A stretch of DNA of 64,000 nt, taken from IMG/VR virus record IMGVR_UViG_3300025316_001101. One strand, given 5' to 3'. The DNA comes from a virus. Lineage: Duplodnaviria > Caudoviricetes. The notes beneath the pieces were generated by a model. The model did no database searches. It saw only the letters and a list, made by a program, of their open reading frames with translations, and was not told the origin of the DNA. Made by a program: the position numbers and the translations under genes. This document shows, in pieces, positions 27,072 through 34,457 of the stretch (positions are counted from its first letter, which is position 1; each line of letters starts with the position of its first letter).

Positions 27072-29252
27072 TTACCATCGTACCAAACTGGTCATCTTCA
27101 TAAAAAAATTACTCACCCAGAATTCAACCACCTCTTCCATGTTATCGAATTGAGTATACTTAATAGCAAAATATGGAATCCCCAATGCACGACAGGTCTC
27201 ACGTTTAATCCTATCGCTTTTTTTATTTCTAGCCAATTGCTCCGCCCCAGATTTCTTCGTGCTACCAAAGCTGATTGGCTTGTAATGTTGCTCTCCATGA
27301 TATTCCCACAGACACATCTTGCCGCTAATTGTAACTTGAAAATCAAATGGCAGGTGTTTGATCATTTTTATATTCGGATGTTTATATTGCGGAATGCAAC
27401 TTTCTATTTGACCAGTCGCTATATATCGTTCTATTATAGAACGAAGTTTCTTCTCGCCCTTGGATTGTTTACAGTGCGGACACCCACACCCACGATCCTT
27501 GGTTCTATTATACAAGGTTGATAACCAGGATCGCTTGCATTTCGGACACTTAAACCAACATCTTCTCCCAGAGGTGGCAACTACATCATACGGAGTCAAT
27601 GGAGCGTTTTTCGTCGGATGCCACTGAGCCGCTATCTCAGAATATAAAGTCGCTAAACAATTCCCCGAATAAACCAATCTATTAGCACAATATGGACACC
27701 CGCAACCTTTCCCACTAGGCTGATTGTCACCTATTCTACTCCTCAGGCTTGCCAACCACGATTGTTTACACACTGAACAATAAAACCAATATTTGCTAGC
27801 AGAGCCAGCCACTACATCACACGGAGTCAATGGAGCGTTTTTCGTCGAATGCCACTGAGCCGCTATCTCAGGATATAAAGTTGCTAAACAATTCCCCGAA
27901 TAAACAAGTCTATTAGCACAATACGGACATCCACAGTCATCTTTTCCTGTTCTTGTGGTAATGGATGTTCGCCAATCCTGACCGCATACCGAACAGTGAA
28001 ACCAAAATTTTCTACTGGAACCAGCCGTTACATTATGCGGAGTCAATGGAGCGTTTTTCGTCGAATGCCATTGAGCCGCTATCTGGGAAATCAAAGCCAG
28101 TGGAGCGTTTTTCGTTGGATGCCATTGAGCCGCTATCTCAGGATGTAAAGTCGCCAAACAATTCCCCGAGTACGCCAAATTGCCAGCGCAATATGGGCAT
28201 CCCGAATTTTTTGATGTTCTATTGGCGATACGAACCTGCCAGTCCTGCCCGCATTCCGAACAACAAAACCAACATTTTTTATCAGAGCCAGCCACTACAT
28301 CATACGGGGTCAGTGGAGCGTTTTTCGTTGGATGCCATTGAGCCGCTATCTCAGGATGTAAAGTAGCCAAACAATTCCCTGAGTACACCAATTGATTAGC
28401 ACAATATGGGCATCCATTACCCTGTTTCCTAGCATAGACAAAAGCCTGCCAGTCCTGTCCGCATTCCGAACAATGAAACCAACATTTTTTACCAGAACAG
28501 GCAGTAATATCGTATGGGGTTAATGGGGCGTTCTTCGTCGGATGCCACTGAGCCGCTATCTCGGGATACAAAGTTGCCAGACAATTCCCCGAGTACGCTA
28601 ATTGACCAGCACAATATGGGCATCCACTGCCTTTTTTCCTATTATAGATAGGAGCCTGCCAGTCCTGTCCGCATTCCGAACAATGAAACCAACATTTTTT
28701 ACCAGAACAGGCAGTAATATCGCATGGGGTTAATGGGGCGTTCTTTGTCGGATGCCACTGAACCGCTATCTCGGGATACAAAGTCGCCAAACAGTTTTCA
28801 GCATAAGCTAATTGACCAGCACAATATGGGCATCCACTGCCCTTTTTTCTACTACAGACATTAGCCTGCCAATCTTGTCCACATTCTGAACAATGAAACC
28901 AATACTTTTTACCAGATCCCGGTGTAACATCGTATGGAGTTAATGGAGCATTTTCCGTCGAATGCCATTGAGCCGCTATCTCGGGATACAAAGTTGCCAA
29001 ACAATTCCCCGAGTACGCCAAGTGACCGGCACAATATGGGCATCCCCGATTGTTTGCTGTTCTATTACCAAGACGAGCCTGCCAGTCCTGTCCGCATTTC
29101 GAACAATGAAACCAATACTTTTTACCAGAATAGGCGGCGATATCATACGGAGTCAATGGAGCGTTCTTCGTCGGATGCCACTGAGCCGCTATCTCAGGAT
29201 GCAAAGTCGCTAAACAGTTTTCAGTAGCAGTTTTTTTACATTTTGTACACAT
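27072..29252 (-). CDS. tandem zinc-ribbon (DUF4379-like treble-clef) repeat protein with C-terminal PD-(D/E)xK nuclease
   Basis: 8 units of LATL.PEIAAQWHPTKNAPLTP.D..A.S.KK.WF.CS.CGQDW..GCPYC; tail SKGEKK..LPFDF..WEYHGEQHY; promoter-proximal ATG at 29252. Confidence 0.88.
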   Translation of the reverse strand: MCTKCKKTATENCLATLHPEIAAQWHPTKNAPLTPYDIAAYSGKKYWFHCSKCGQDWQARLGNRTANNRGCPYCAGHLAYSGNCLATLYPEIAAQWHSTENAPLTPYDVTPGSGKKYWFHCSECGQDWQANVCSRKKGSGCPYCAGQLAYAENCLATLYPEIAVQWHPTKNAPLTPCDITACSGKKCWFHCSECGQDWQAPIYNRKKGSGCPYCAGQLAYSGNCLATLYPEIAAQWHPTKNAPLTPYDITACSGKKCWFHCSECGQDWQAFVYARKQGNGCPYCANQLVYSGNCLATLHPEIAAQWHPTKNAPLTPYDVVAGSDKKCWFCCSECGQDWQVRIANRTSKNSGCPYCAGNLAYSGNCLATLHPEIAAQWHPTKNAPLALISQIAAQWHSTKNAPLTPHNVTAGSSRKFWFHCSVCGQDWRTSITTRTGKDDCGCPYCANRLVYSGNCLATLYPEIAAQWHSTKNAPLTPCDVVAGSASKYWFYCSVCKQSWLASLRSRIGDNQPSGKGCGCPYCANRLVYSGNCLATLYSEIAAQWHPTKNAPLTPYDVVATSGRRCWFKCPKCKRSWLSTLYNRTKDRGCGCPHCKQSKGEKKLRSIIERYIATGQIESCIPQYKHPNIKMIKHLPFDFQVTISGKMCLWEYHGEQHYKPISFGSTKKSGAEQLARNKKSDRIKRETCRALGIPYFAIKYTQFDNMEEVVEFWVSNFFMKMTSLVRW

Positions 29253-29314
29253 GCCACAATTATAGCACAAGCACCTAGCTTTGCAAGGCGAGTGGGGCAA
29301 GCATATATAATTTT

Positions 29315-29857
29315 ATGCAATTTAGACTTTGGTTAGAAAAACTGGAAAATACATTCACGTATAAGATCTGCCCCAATAATAAACGGGGTGATCCTCATGC
29401 GGAATATAAAACCTTCCACTATAAGGTCTACAAGAACCCCACTAAAGAAGAACTGCTCGAAGCCCTTAAAAAAGAAAAAGAAATAGGCTCATTCGAATTC
29501 CCTGATCATACCAATATGGAACATGAAGTCAGAGGAATGGTCATGCATAACGGCGATCTCTATATCTGGGCTGGAACTGCTTGCAATCATCCAGATATGG
29601 AAGGAATGGTCGGTGGCGCAGCAAGAGTCGTCTTCTATATCCTCCAAGACCTAAGCCTGCGTGTGTGGATGGACCCCCAATCAACACACGTCATAGAAGA
29701 AAATCCCCACTATAGAAAAATGATGGGGCAGCCGCCACTAGAACCCGGCACGCCTAAATCAAATTGGCAATATACCGCACCATCGTGGGAAGATGCCGTC
29801 AATAGAAAAGCCGTTCCAGGTGGACTACGAAAATTGCCGTATGAATCGGTTCAATGA
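29315..29857 (+). CDS. hypothetical protein (MQFRLWLE N-terminus)
   Basis: ORF track; TATATAAT upstream. Confidence 0.6.
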   Translation: MQFRLWLEKLENTFTYKICPNNKRGDPHAEYKTFHYKVYKNPTKEELLEALKKEKEIGSFEFPDHTNMEHEVRGMVMHNGDLYIWAGTACNHPDMEGMVGGAARVVFYILQDLSLRVWMDPQSTHVIEENPHYRKMMGQPPLEPGTPKSNWQYTAPSWEDAVNRKAVPGGLRKLPYESVQ

Positions 29858-30366
29858 TTCGGTTGAATTTTGGCAATTACACAATTATACTTTGACGAAT
29901 CTTTCAACCATTTTTTATACTGTGACTCGCTACATGTTTTATTCACGCATGTCAATCGATTAATCCAAAATGCTTCCACTACCAATGCGGACATTTGATC
30001 CGTAATGTCCAACACTGTCATAGTAGGTGCAACATTATTATCAATGGCAGCCGTCACCACTAATACACTGGCAGACTCGTCTTTGCATAAATGACATTCA
30101 TATCTTTGCAATGGATCTTTTGTCTGACCGATGTATCGTAAACCACATGCTTCCAATTGATATACATATCGCACATCTGGACGCATAACAATACAATCAT
30201 GCCCAGCAGCGATCAAATCATCGCTTAGTTTTACCAATGACCTAGATCGATATCTAAATTCTGCGTGAGGATACAAACCCTCAGTCACACCATGCGGAGA
30301 CGGTTTACAACCCAATAATTTATTGTAAAAATCCGTTCGCTGCGTCGGAGTATACTTGTGTTTCAT
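29851..30366 (-). CDS. GIY-YIG endonuclease
   Basis: YVYQLEACGLRYIGQTKDPLQRYECH..EAFWIN. Confidence 0.8.
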   Translation of the reverse strand: MKHKYTPTQRTDFYNKLLGCKPSPHGVTEGLYPHAEFRYRSRSLVKLSDDLIAAGHDCIVMRPDVRYVYQLEACGLRYIGQTKDPLQRYECHLCKDESASVLVVTAAIDNNVAPTMTVLDITDQMSALVVEAFWINRLTCVNKTCSESQYKKWLKDSSKYNCVIAKIQPNH

Positions 30367-30402
30367 TTAGAAAAATTGCCGTATGAATCGGTTCAATAAA
30401 GC

Positions 30403-31224
30403 TCACTCTATAAAACCCGGAATCCTAAATGGAAGCTGATGCTCTGCATCATAATATTCAAATTTGGCTTCGTCGCCAGAAACCGGCCTGCGAAATTGCC
30501 AACGGTCATTGAGCCGTAAGGCAAAGATTCCAAGCTCATTGGGTACATCCCACAGTTGCTCGTTTGTCTTTTCCCCATCCACATACAAATAATCTACATA
30601 CTCTGGTTTCATTATCTCACTGTGCGGAAATATCACCATAGCATTTTTGAAAATACTCACCACAATACTATAATCCATACCCTGTTCGCCCTTGCGAAAC
30701 ATCTGATGCATTGTTCCTTTACACAATGCTGTGTTCCACGCCGCTCCTGGTTTACCTTTACCATTCTTGATCTCAGGATCGAAAGTAAAAACATACCCAC
30801 CTGGAAAAGTTATTCGCACGTCTCCGCACATTTCACCACACAAAATAAATTCCCATGTAGCCGTTGGCACCATCTGTTTTACCAATTCAAGAAAAGCATC
30901 AATAGCCATCATGTTATAATATGCAGACCTATACACACTAAAAATGGGACGCACCATGCCATTAGCTGATTTTTTCGTCTGCACCTTTCCAAATATCGCA
31001 TTTTCTATAACTGCAATTTCGGAACTCAAGTTGCTCCAAATCGCATAGTTCAGCCAATTGTTGTGAAGAGCACGACCCATATTTAATAGTCTGTCTACGA
31101 GCATCCTGATTTCATCAGCTTGCGGATCTTCGGGCCACCGATTGAGAATATGCCTGTATACACCCCACCACATGCTACATTTATCAAAAGTATTCTTACA
31201 AGCTCTAGCATTAATTTTATCCAT
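30403..31224 (-). CDS. hypothetical protein (leaderless)
   Basis: TTGCGG-N17-TATAAT-N6-ATG at 31224. Confidence 0.65.
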   Translation of the reverse strand: MDKINARACKNTFDKCSMWWGVYRHILNRWPEDPQADEIRMLVDRLLNMGRALHNNWLNYAIWSNLSSEIAVIENAIFGKVQTKKSANGMVRPIFSVYRSAYYNMMAIDAFLELVKQMVPTATWEFILCGEMCGDVRITFPGGYVFTFDPEIKNGKGKPGAAWNTALCKGTMHQMFRKGEQGMDYSIVVSIFKNAMVIFPHSEIMKPEYVDYLYVDGEKTNEQLWDVPNELGIFALRLNDRWQFRRPVSGDEAKFEYYDAEHQLPFRIPGFIE

Positions 31225-31304
31225 ATCCCAATTATACGGAAAAGCCCCACTCGCCGCAAGGCGAGTGGGGCAAATTACTGCGCACCGTAATACTCTATTA
31301 TCAC

Positions 31305-31772
31305 ATGGCACACCCACAAAGACATTTCTTCAATAACAAATTCGTCTGTCACCCAGAAATCGACAAAGAAAAGAAGATCCTCAAATTCATAATCTTCGAT
31401 CCTCTAAATAATGTCCACATCCAAGAACATTACGAGGAAGCATTCATCGATTACTACTCGGCACCAGATTTAATCCTTCCTTATATGGACGGCGATACTA
31501 CTAAAGATGAGTTCCTACGCTATAGCCGCACAACTTTCAAAAATTTGCGACTCATTGATTGCGAAGAACTATTCCCTAATGATCCCATCACTGTCGTCTT
31601 CTCATTCGATGAAATGATCTATCAATGGATCGGATACGATGACCCATTCCACTATAGCGATGTGCCCCTGGGTAAATATTCCGGCCTCACCATAGAAGGT
31701 ATCGAAGCACGTAGAAAAAAGAAGTGGAATCTCGGCCCGTTTAAGAGGACGGAACCGGATTATGTGATATGA
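31305..31772 (+). CDS. hypothetical protein
   Basis: ORF track. Confidence 0.55.
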   Translation: MAHPQRHFFNNKFVCHPEIDKEKKILKFIIFDPLNNVHIQEHYEEAFIDYYSAPDLILPYMDGDTTKDEFLRYSRTTFKNLRLIDCEELFPNDPITVVFSFDEMIYQWIGYDDPFHYSDVPLGKYSGLTIEGIEARRKKKWNLGPFKRTEPDYVI

Positions 31773-32361
31773 GCGGTCCCGGTTTTCTTCGCTCTAATGC
31801 AATGCCGTAATTCCTTACCCACTTCTTAATCGAATTATCTCTAACGCCATATTTCTTTCCTAATTCGACATAAGTGTGCGACTGCAATTCTATCATCAAT
31901 TGCTCTTTACTTGGCCGATCCACTACTTTCCTCTGCGCTTTTTTAGCACATTCACCATCACAGTATTTTTGTTGATACCACTTTCTTCGAGACTCTTTTT
32001 TACAAAAAGCACATGTAATTGTCTTAGGATACATCTTTCTGTTTAACACCATCCGCTCTGATCGTAGTTCTTGATCTAATTCCCAATGCAATTCTTGATG
32101 ACACGTAGCACACAACAATAAACACTTATCCACTTCTGCTTTTTGTTTTTCAAAGGACAATGATTGACTGCTAATCCCAAAGTCTTTTTGTTCTGGGTCT
32201 TTGTGGTGGAAATGATATGCGGGCGGAATTCTTTTGTTATACCCACATGTCTCACACTTGCCGCCTTTGTAATCCACTAGTTTTAACTTTGTCCTATTTC
32301 TCCAATTCATTACTGCCATAGATCTTTTATTCATACCCACACTCCTTATATTAACAACCAT
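31741..32361 (-). CDS. HNH-like endonuclease with C-terminal HTH
   Basis: KGGKCETCGY..AYHFHHKDP..K..EVDKCLLLCATCHQELH; YVELGKKYGVRDNSIKKW. Confidence 0.8.
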   Translation of the reverse strand: MVVNIRSVGMNKRSMAVMNWRNRTKLKLVDYKGGKCETCGYNKRIPPAYHFHHKDPEQKDFGISSQSLSFEKQKAEVDKCLLLCATCHQELHWELDQELRSERMVLNRKMYPKTITCAFCKKESRRKWYQQKYCDGECAKKAQRKVVDRPSKEQLMIELQSHTYVELGKKYGVRDNSIKKWVRNYGIALERRKPGPLISHNPVPSS

Positions 32362-32390
32362 TGTAATATATAGGAGTGTAGGTTCAAAAT

Positions 32391-32422
32391 AAAAAGCCCA
32401 CGGAATAAATTCCGTGGGCTTT
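32391..32422. terminator. intrinsic terminator closing the tRNA operon
   Basis: AAAAAGCCCACGGAA-TAAA-TTCCGTGGGCTTT. Confidence 0.8.
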
Positions 32423-32424
32423 AG

Positions 32425-32495
32425 CTAGTCCCGGAGGATTTGAACCTCCACTAAGACAGTCAAAGTGTCTTGTGCTACCGTTACACTAGGGACTA
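32425..32495 (-). tRNA. tRNA-Gln(TTG)
   Basis: TAGTCCC/GGGACTA, AGACA-CT TTG AC-TGTCT, U1-A72, G73. Confidence 0.92.
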
Positions 32496-32499
32496 AAAG

Positions 32500-32584
32500 C
32501 TGTAGGGGTCAGAATCGAACTGACGTAGGCTTCCGCCACACGTGATTAACAGTCACGCCGAAGTACCAACACTTCATCCCTACA
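32500..32584 (-). tRNA. tRNA-Asn(GTT) with a long variable arm
   Basis: CGTGA-CT GTT AA-TCACG; extra arm GTGGC-GGAA-GCCTAC. Confidence 0.85.
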
Positions 32585-32589
32585 ATAAG

Positions 32590-32664
32590 CGCCCTCGGTG
32601 GGATTCGAACCCACGACCTTTAGCTTCGGAGGCTAACGCTCTCATTCCACTGAGCTACAAGGGC
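32590..32664 (-). tRNA. tRNA-Arg(CCG)
   Basis: canonical cloverleaf, TTAGC-CT CCG AA-GCTAA. Confidence 0.93.
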
Positions 32665-32749
32665 CAGCCGGATGCTCTACCATTGAGCCACACTGGAATG
32701 AATAAAAAAGCTCCAGCGGAAGGACTCGAACCTTCAACTGTCCGGTTAA
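32665..32749 (-). tRNA. circularly permuted tRNA-Asn(GTT): 3' half 32749-32711, 13-nt linker, 5' half 32697-32665
   Basis: 5' half TCCAGTGTGGCTCAATGGTAGAGCATCCGGCTG plus 3' half TTAACCGGACAGTTGAAGGTTCGAGTCCTTCCGCTGGAG make one complete cloverleaf with no gap or overlap. Confidence 0.85.
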
Positions 32750-32750
32750 G

Positions 32751-32823
32751 TACGCCCTCGGGGAGTCGAACCCCGAACCTCGACATTAAGAGTGTCTTGC
32801 TCTGCCAATTGAGCTAAGGACGC
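32751..32823 (-). tRNA. tRNA-Lys(CTT)
   Basis: GCGTCCT/AGGGCGT, loop CT CTT AA, A73. Confidence 0.9.
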
Positions 32824-32839
32824 ATATAAATTTTTCAAG

Positions 32840-32912
32840 CTATCCCGCAAGGTAACGCTCCTTGTCCCTCAGATTCAAATTCTGATGTGCAAAACTTCTA
32901 CACCACGGGATA
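32840..32912 (-). tRNA. tRNA-Gln(TTG), non-canonical T- and D-loops
   Basis: TATCCCG/CGGGATA; TCAGA-AT TTG AA-TCTGA; T-loop AGCGTTA. Confidence 0.75.
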
Positions 32913-32921
32913 TCATTCAAG

Positions 32922-32994
32922 CTGGGCAACTACGATTTGCACGTAGCACTCTAAGTTCAGAGCTTAGTGTGATTGCTGAATTCACCATTGCCCA
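32922..32994 (-). tRNA. tRNA-Gln(CTG), non-canonical loops
   Basis: TGGGCAA/TTGCCCA; CTAAG-CT CTG AA-CTTAG; T-loop TGCAAAT; D-loop lacks GG. Confidence 0.8.
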
Positions 32995-33009
32995 ATATAT
33001 TTTTTCAAG

Positions 33010-33136
33010 CTGCCGAGAGTCGATTCGAACGACTTCCTTTTGATTAACAGTCAATTGATGTAGTTCCAACTGCATGCGTTGCCGCCAAGGGTCGCTGAAA
33101 CTTTCATTTTTTATGCTACCATTACACCACTCGGCA
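33010..33136 (-). tRNA. tRNA-Asn(GTT) with a ~56-nt insert between D-arm and anticodon arm
   Basis: TGCCGAG/CTCGGCA; GTGT-AATGGTA-GCAT; TTGA-CT GTT AA-TCAA; AGTCG-TTCGAAT-CGACT. Confidence 0.75.
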
Positions 33137-33534
33137 ATGTTTATTTCAATCCTTTCATGGTCCCACCTCGATTACCAAAGCAGTTCCATTGTGCTTAACA
33201 GATTCAACACAAAGTTCTTCGGGATGACCCCACACATCAAGTTCACCTTCGTGAACTTGATGTGTGCCGATTACTTCGGTGCCATCGGGCACATCGGCAA
33301 TCAAAGCTCGTAATTCTTCAACCTTCATTTCTTCACCTTCTTCTTGTACCATTCTTTAGGTTTATGGGGCGGGAGCATAAAAACTCTCTCGCCCGTTGGC
33401 TGCACTACAACACGTACTACAAACCTACGACCGCATGTGGGGCAACGCACTCTTGTAGGGCGTTTAGCCGCACCGGCCGGAATTAGCGGTTTGTTGTCGA
33501 AACTACATGTGGCGTTCATGTTTTTAACTCCAAG

Positions 33535-33608
33535 TGAGACCACGGGGATTTGAACCCACGACCTACCTCGTTAAGAGCGAGGAATGCTGCCAGTAACACC
33601 TTGATCCC
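33535..33608 (-). tRNA. tRNA-Lys(CTT), second copy
   Basis: CCTCG-CT CTT AA-CGAGG; imperfect T-stem. Confidence 0.8.
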
Positions 33609-33766
33609 ATTAATGTTTTATGCATCCCAACCATGTTCTGTCCAGCGAAACGTACCAGATCCAAAAGCGATGTGTGGAAAACACATTATTTCTTCAACCT
33701 CCTCAATTACTTCTTCAACTTCCTCAATTAGCTCATCATAATCATCTTTCATCTTTATCTCCCAAT

Positions 33767-33803
33767 AAAAAAGCCTCCCCCAGGCGTTGCCTGGGGGAGG
33801 CTC
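33767..33803 (-). terminator. intrinsic terminator
   Basis: GAGCCTCCCCCAGG-CAACG-CCTGGGGGAGGC followed by a U-tract on the minus strand. Confidence 0.85.
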
Positions 33804-33922
33804 AATCTTTGTACGGAATAGACCATACCCCAGGCTGCGCCCTGGAGTTGATTTCCAGAGCGGTTAAGGCTTCTGATTATTCCGTTGCTTACGAGTCATT
33901 GTTTTAATCCTCACTGTATCTA

Positions 33923-33954
33923 TATTATACGCTGAAATTTTCGTTTGTCAAGTC
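33923..33954 (-). promoter_or_regulatory. sigma70-type promoter TTGACA-N16-TATAAT (32-bp exact copy at 55695-55726)
   Basis: perfect -35 and -10 hexamers. Confidence 0.85.
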
Positions 33955-34004
33955 AGAATCTTTCGAATCTACCGTATAGACGCATTGGTTCAGGAAAAGG
34001 TTCA

Positions 34005-34457
34005 CTAACTGCTCCAAATTTCGTCTGGGGCCTCGAAAAGCTTTTCAACCTCTTCCCGGCTGTTGTGCTGGGGGCAAAGGTTCCAGCATCGCATCTGAAT
34101 TTCGGCATATAACTCTGTCCATTCCCCGCAGACTTCACATTTGTGCTGAACATTCTCCCAGGCACCATTCAGGTGGAGTGCATGATCGAGGAGGTATGCC
34201 CGGTAGCAGGCTTGGGCTTCTTGGGCCGTATCGTGGCCGTCACCGTGGTGCTTGTCTTTGGTGGCCTCATTTGCTGCTCGGTAGCTTTCACTGATCCAAT
34301 TATCGTTGGGCAACTCATGATAAACCGAACAATATCCCACTGGCCATATCTGGCCATCATTCATGCAAGTATAATCGAATTTTCCATCTTTTCTTTGTCT
34401 GGCTTTGAAGTAGTTCATATTTTTCTCCCTAAATGATAAATAGTAATATGAAGACAT
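34005..34457 (-). CDS. hypothetical zinc-binding protein
   Basis: CEVCG..CPQH; the true start is probably MNYFK. Confidence 0.55.
   Translation of the reverse strand: MSSYYYLSFREKNMNYFKARQRKDGKFDYTCMNDGQIWPVGYCSVYHELPNDNWISESYRAANEATKDKHHGDGHDTAQEAQACYRAYLLDHALHLNGAWENVQHKCEVCGEWTELYAEIQMRCWNLCPQHNSREEVEKLFEAPDEIWSS

Noticed and set aside
27560-29220. ~200-bp DNA repeats as a CRISPR array or DGR template/variable repeats
   Set aside because: They are in-frame coding repeats of the zinc-ribbon protein; no reverse transcriptase or cas gene is in the window, and differences are not adenine-specific.
33838-33890. Plus-strand tRNA fragment (..CCAGAGCGGTTAAGGC..)
   Set aside because: It resembles a D-arm only; there is no anticodon or T-arm, and the promoter and terminator point to the minus strand.
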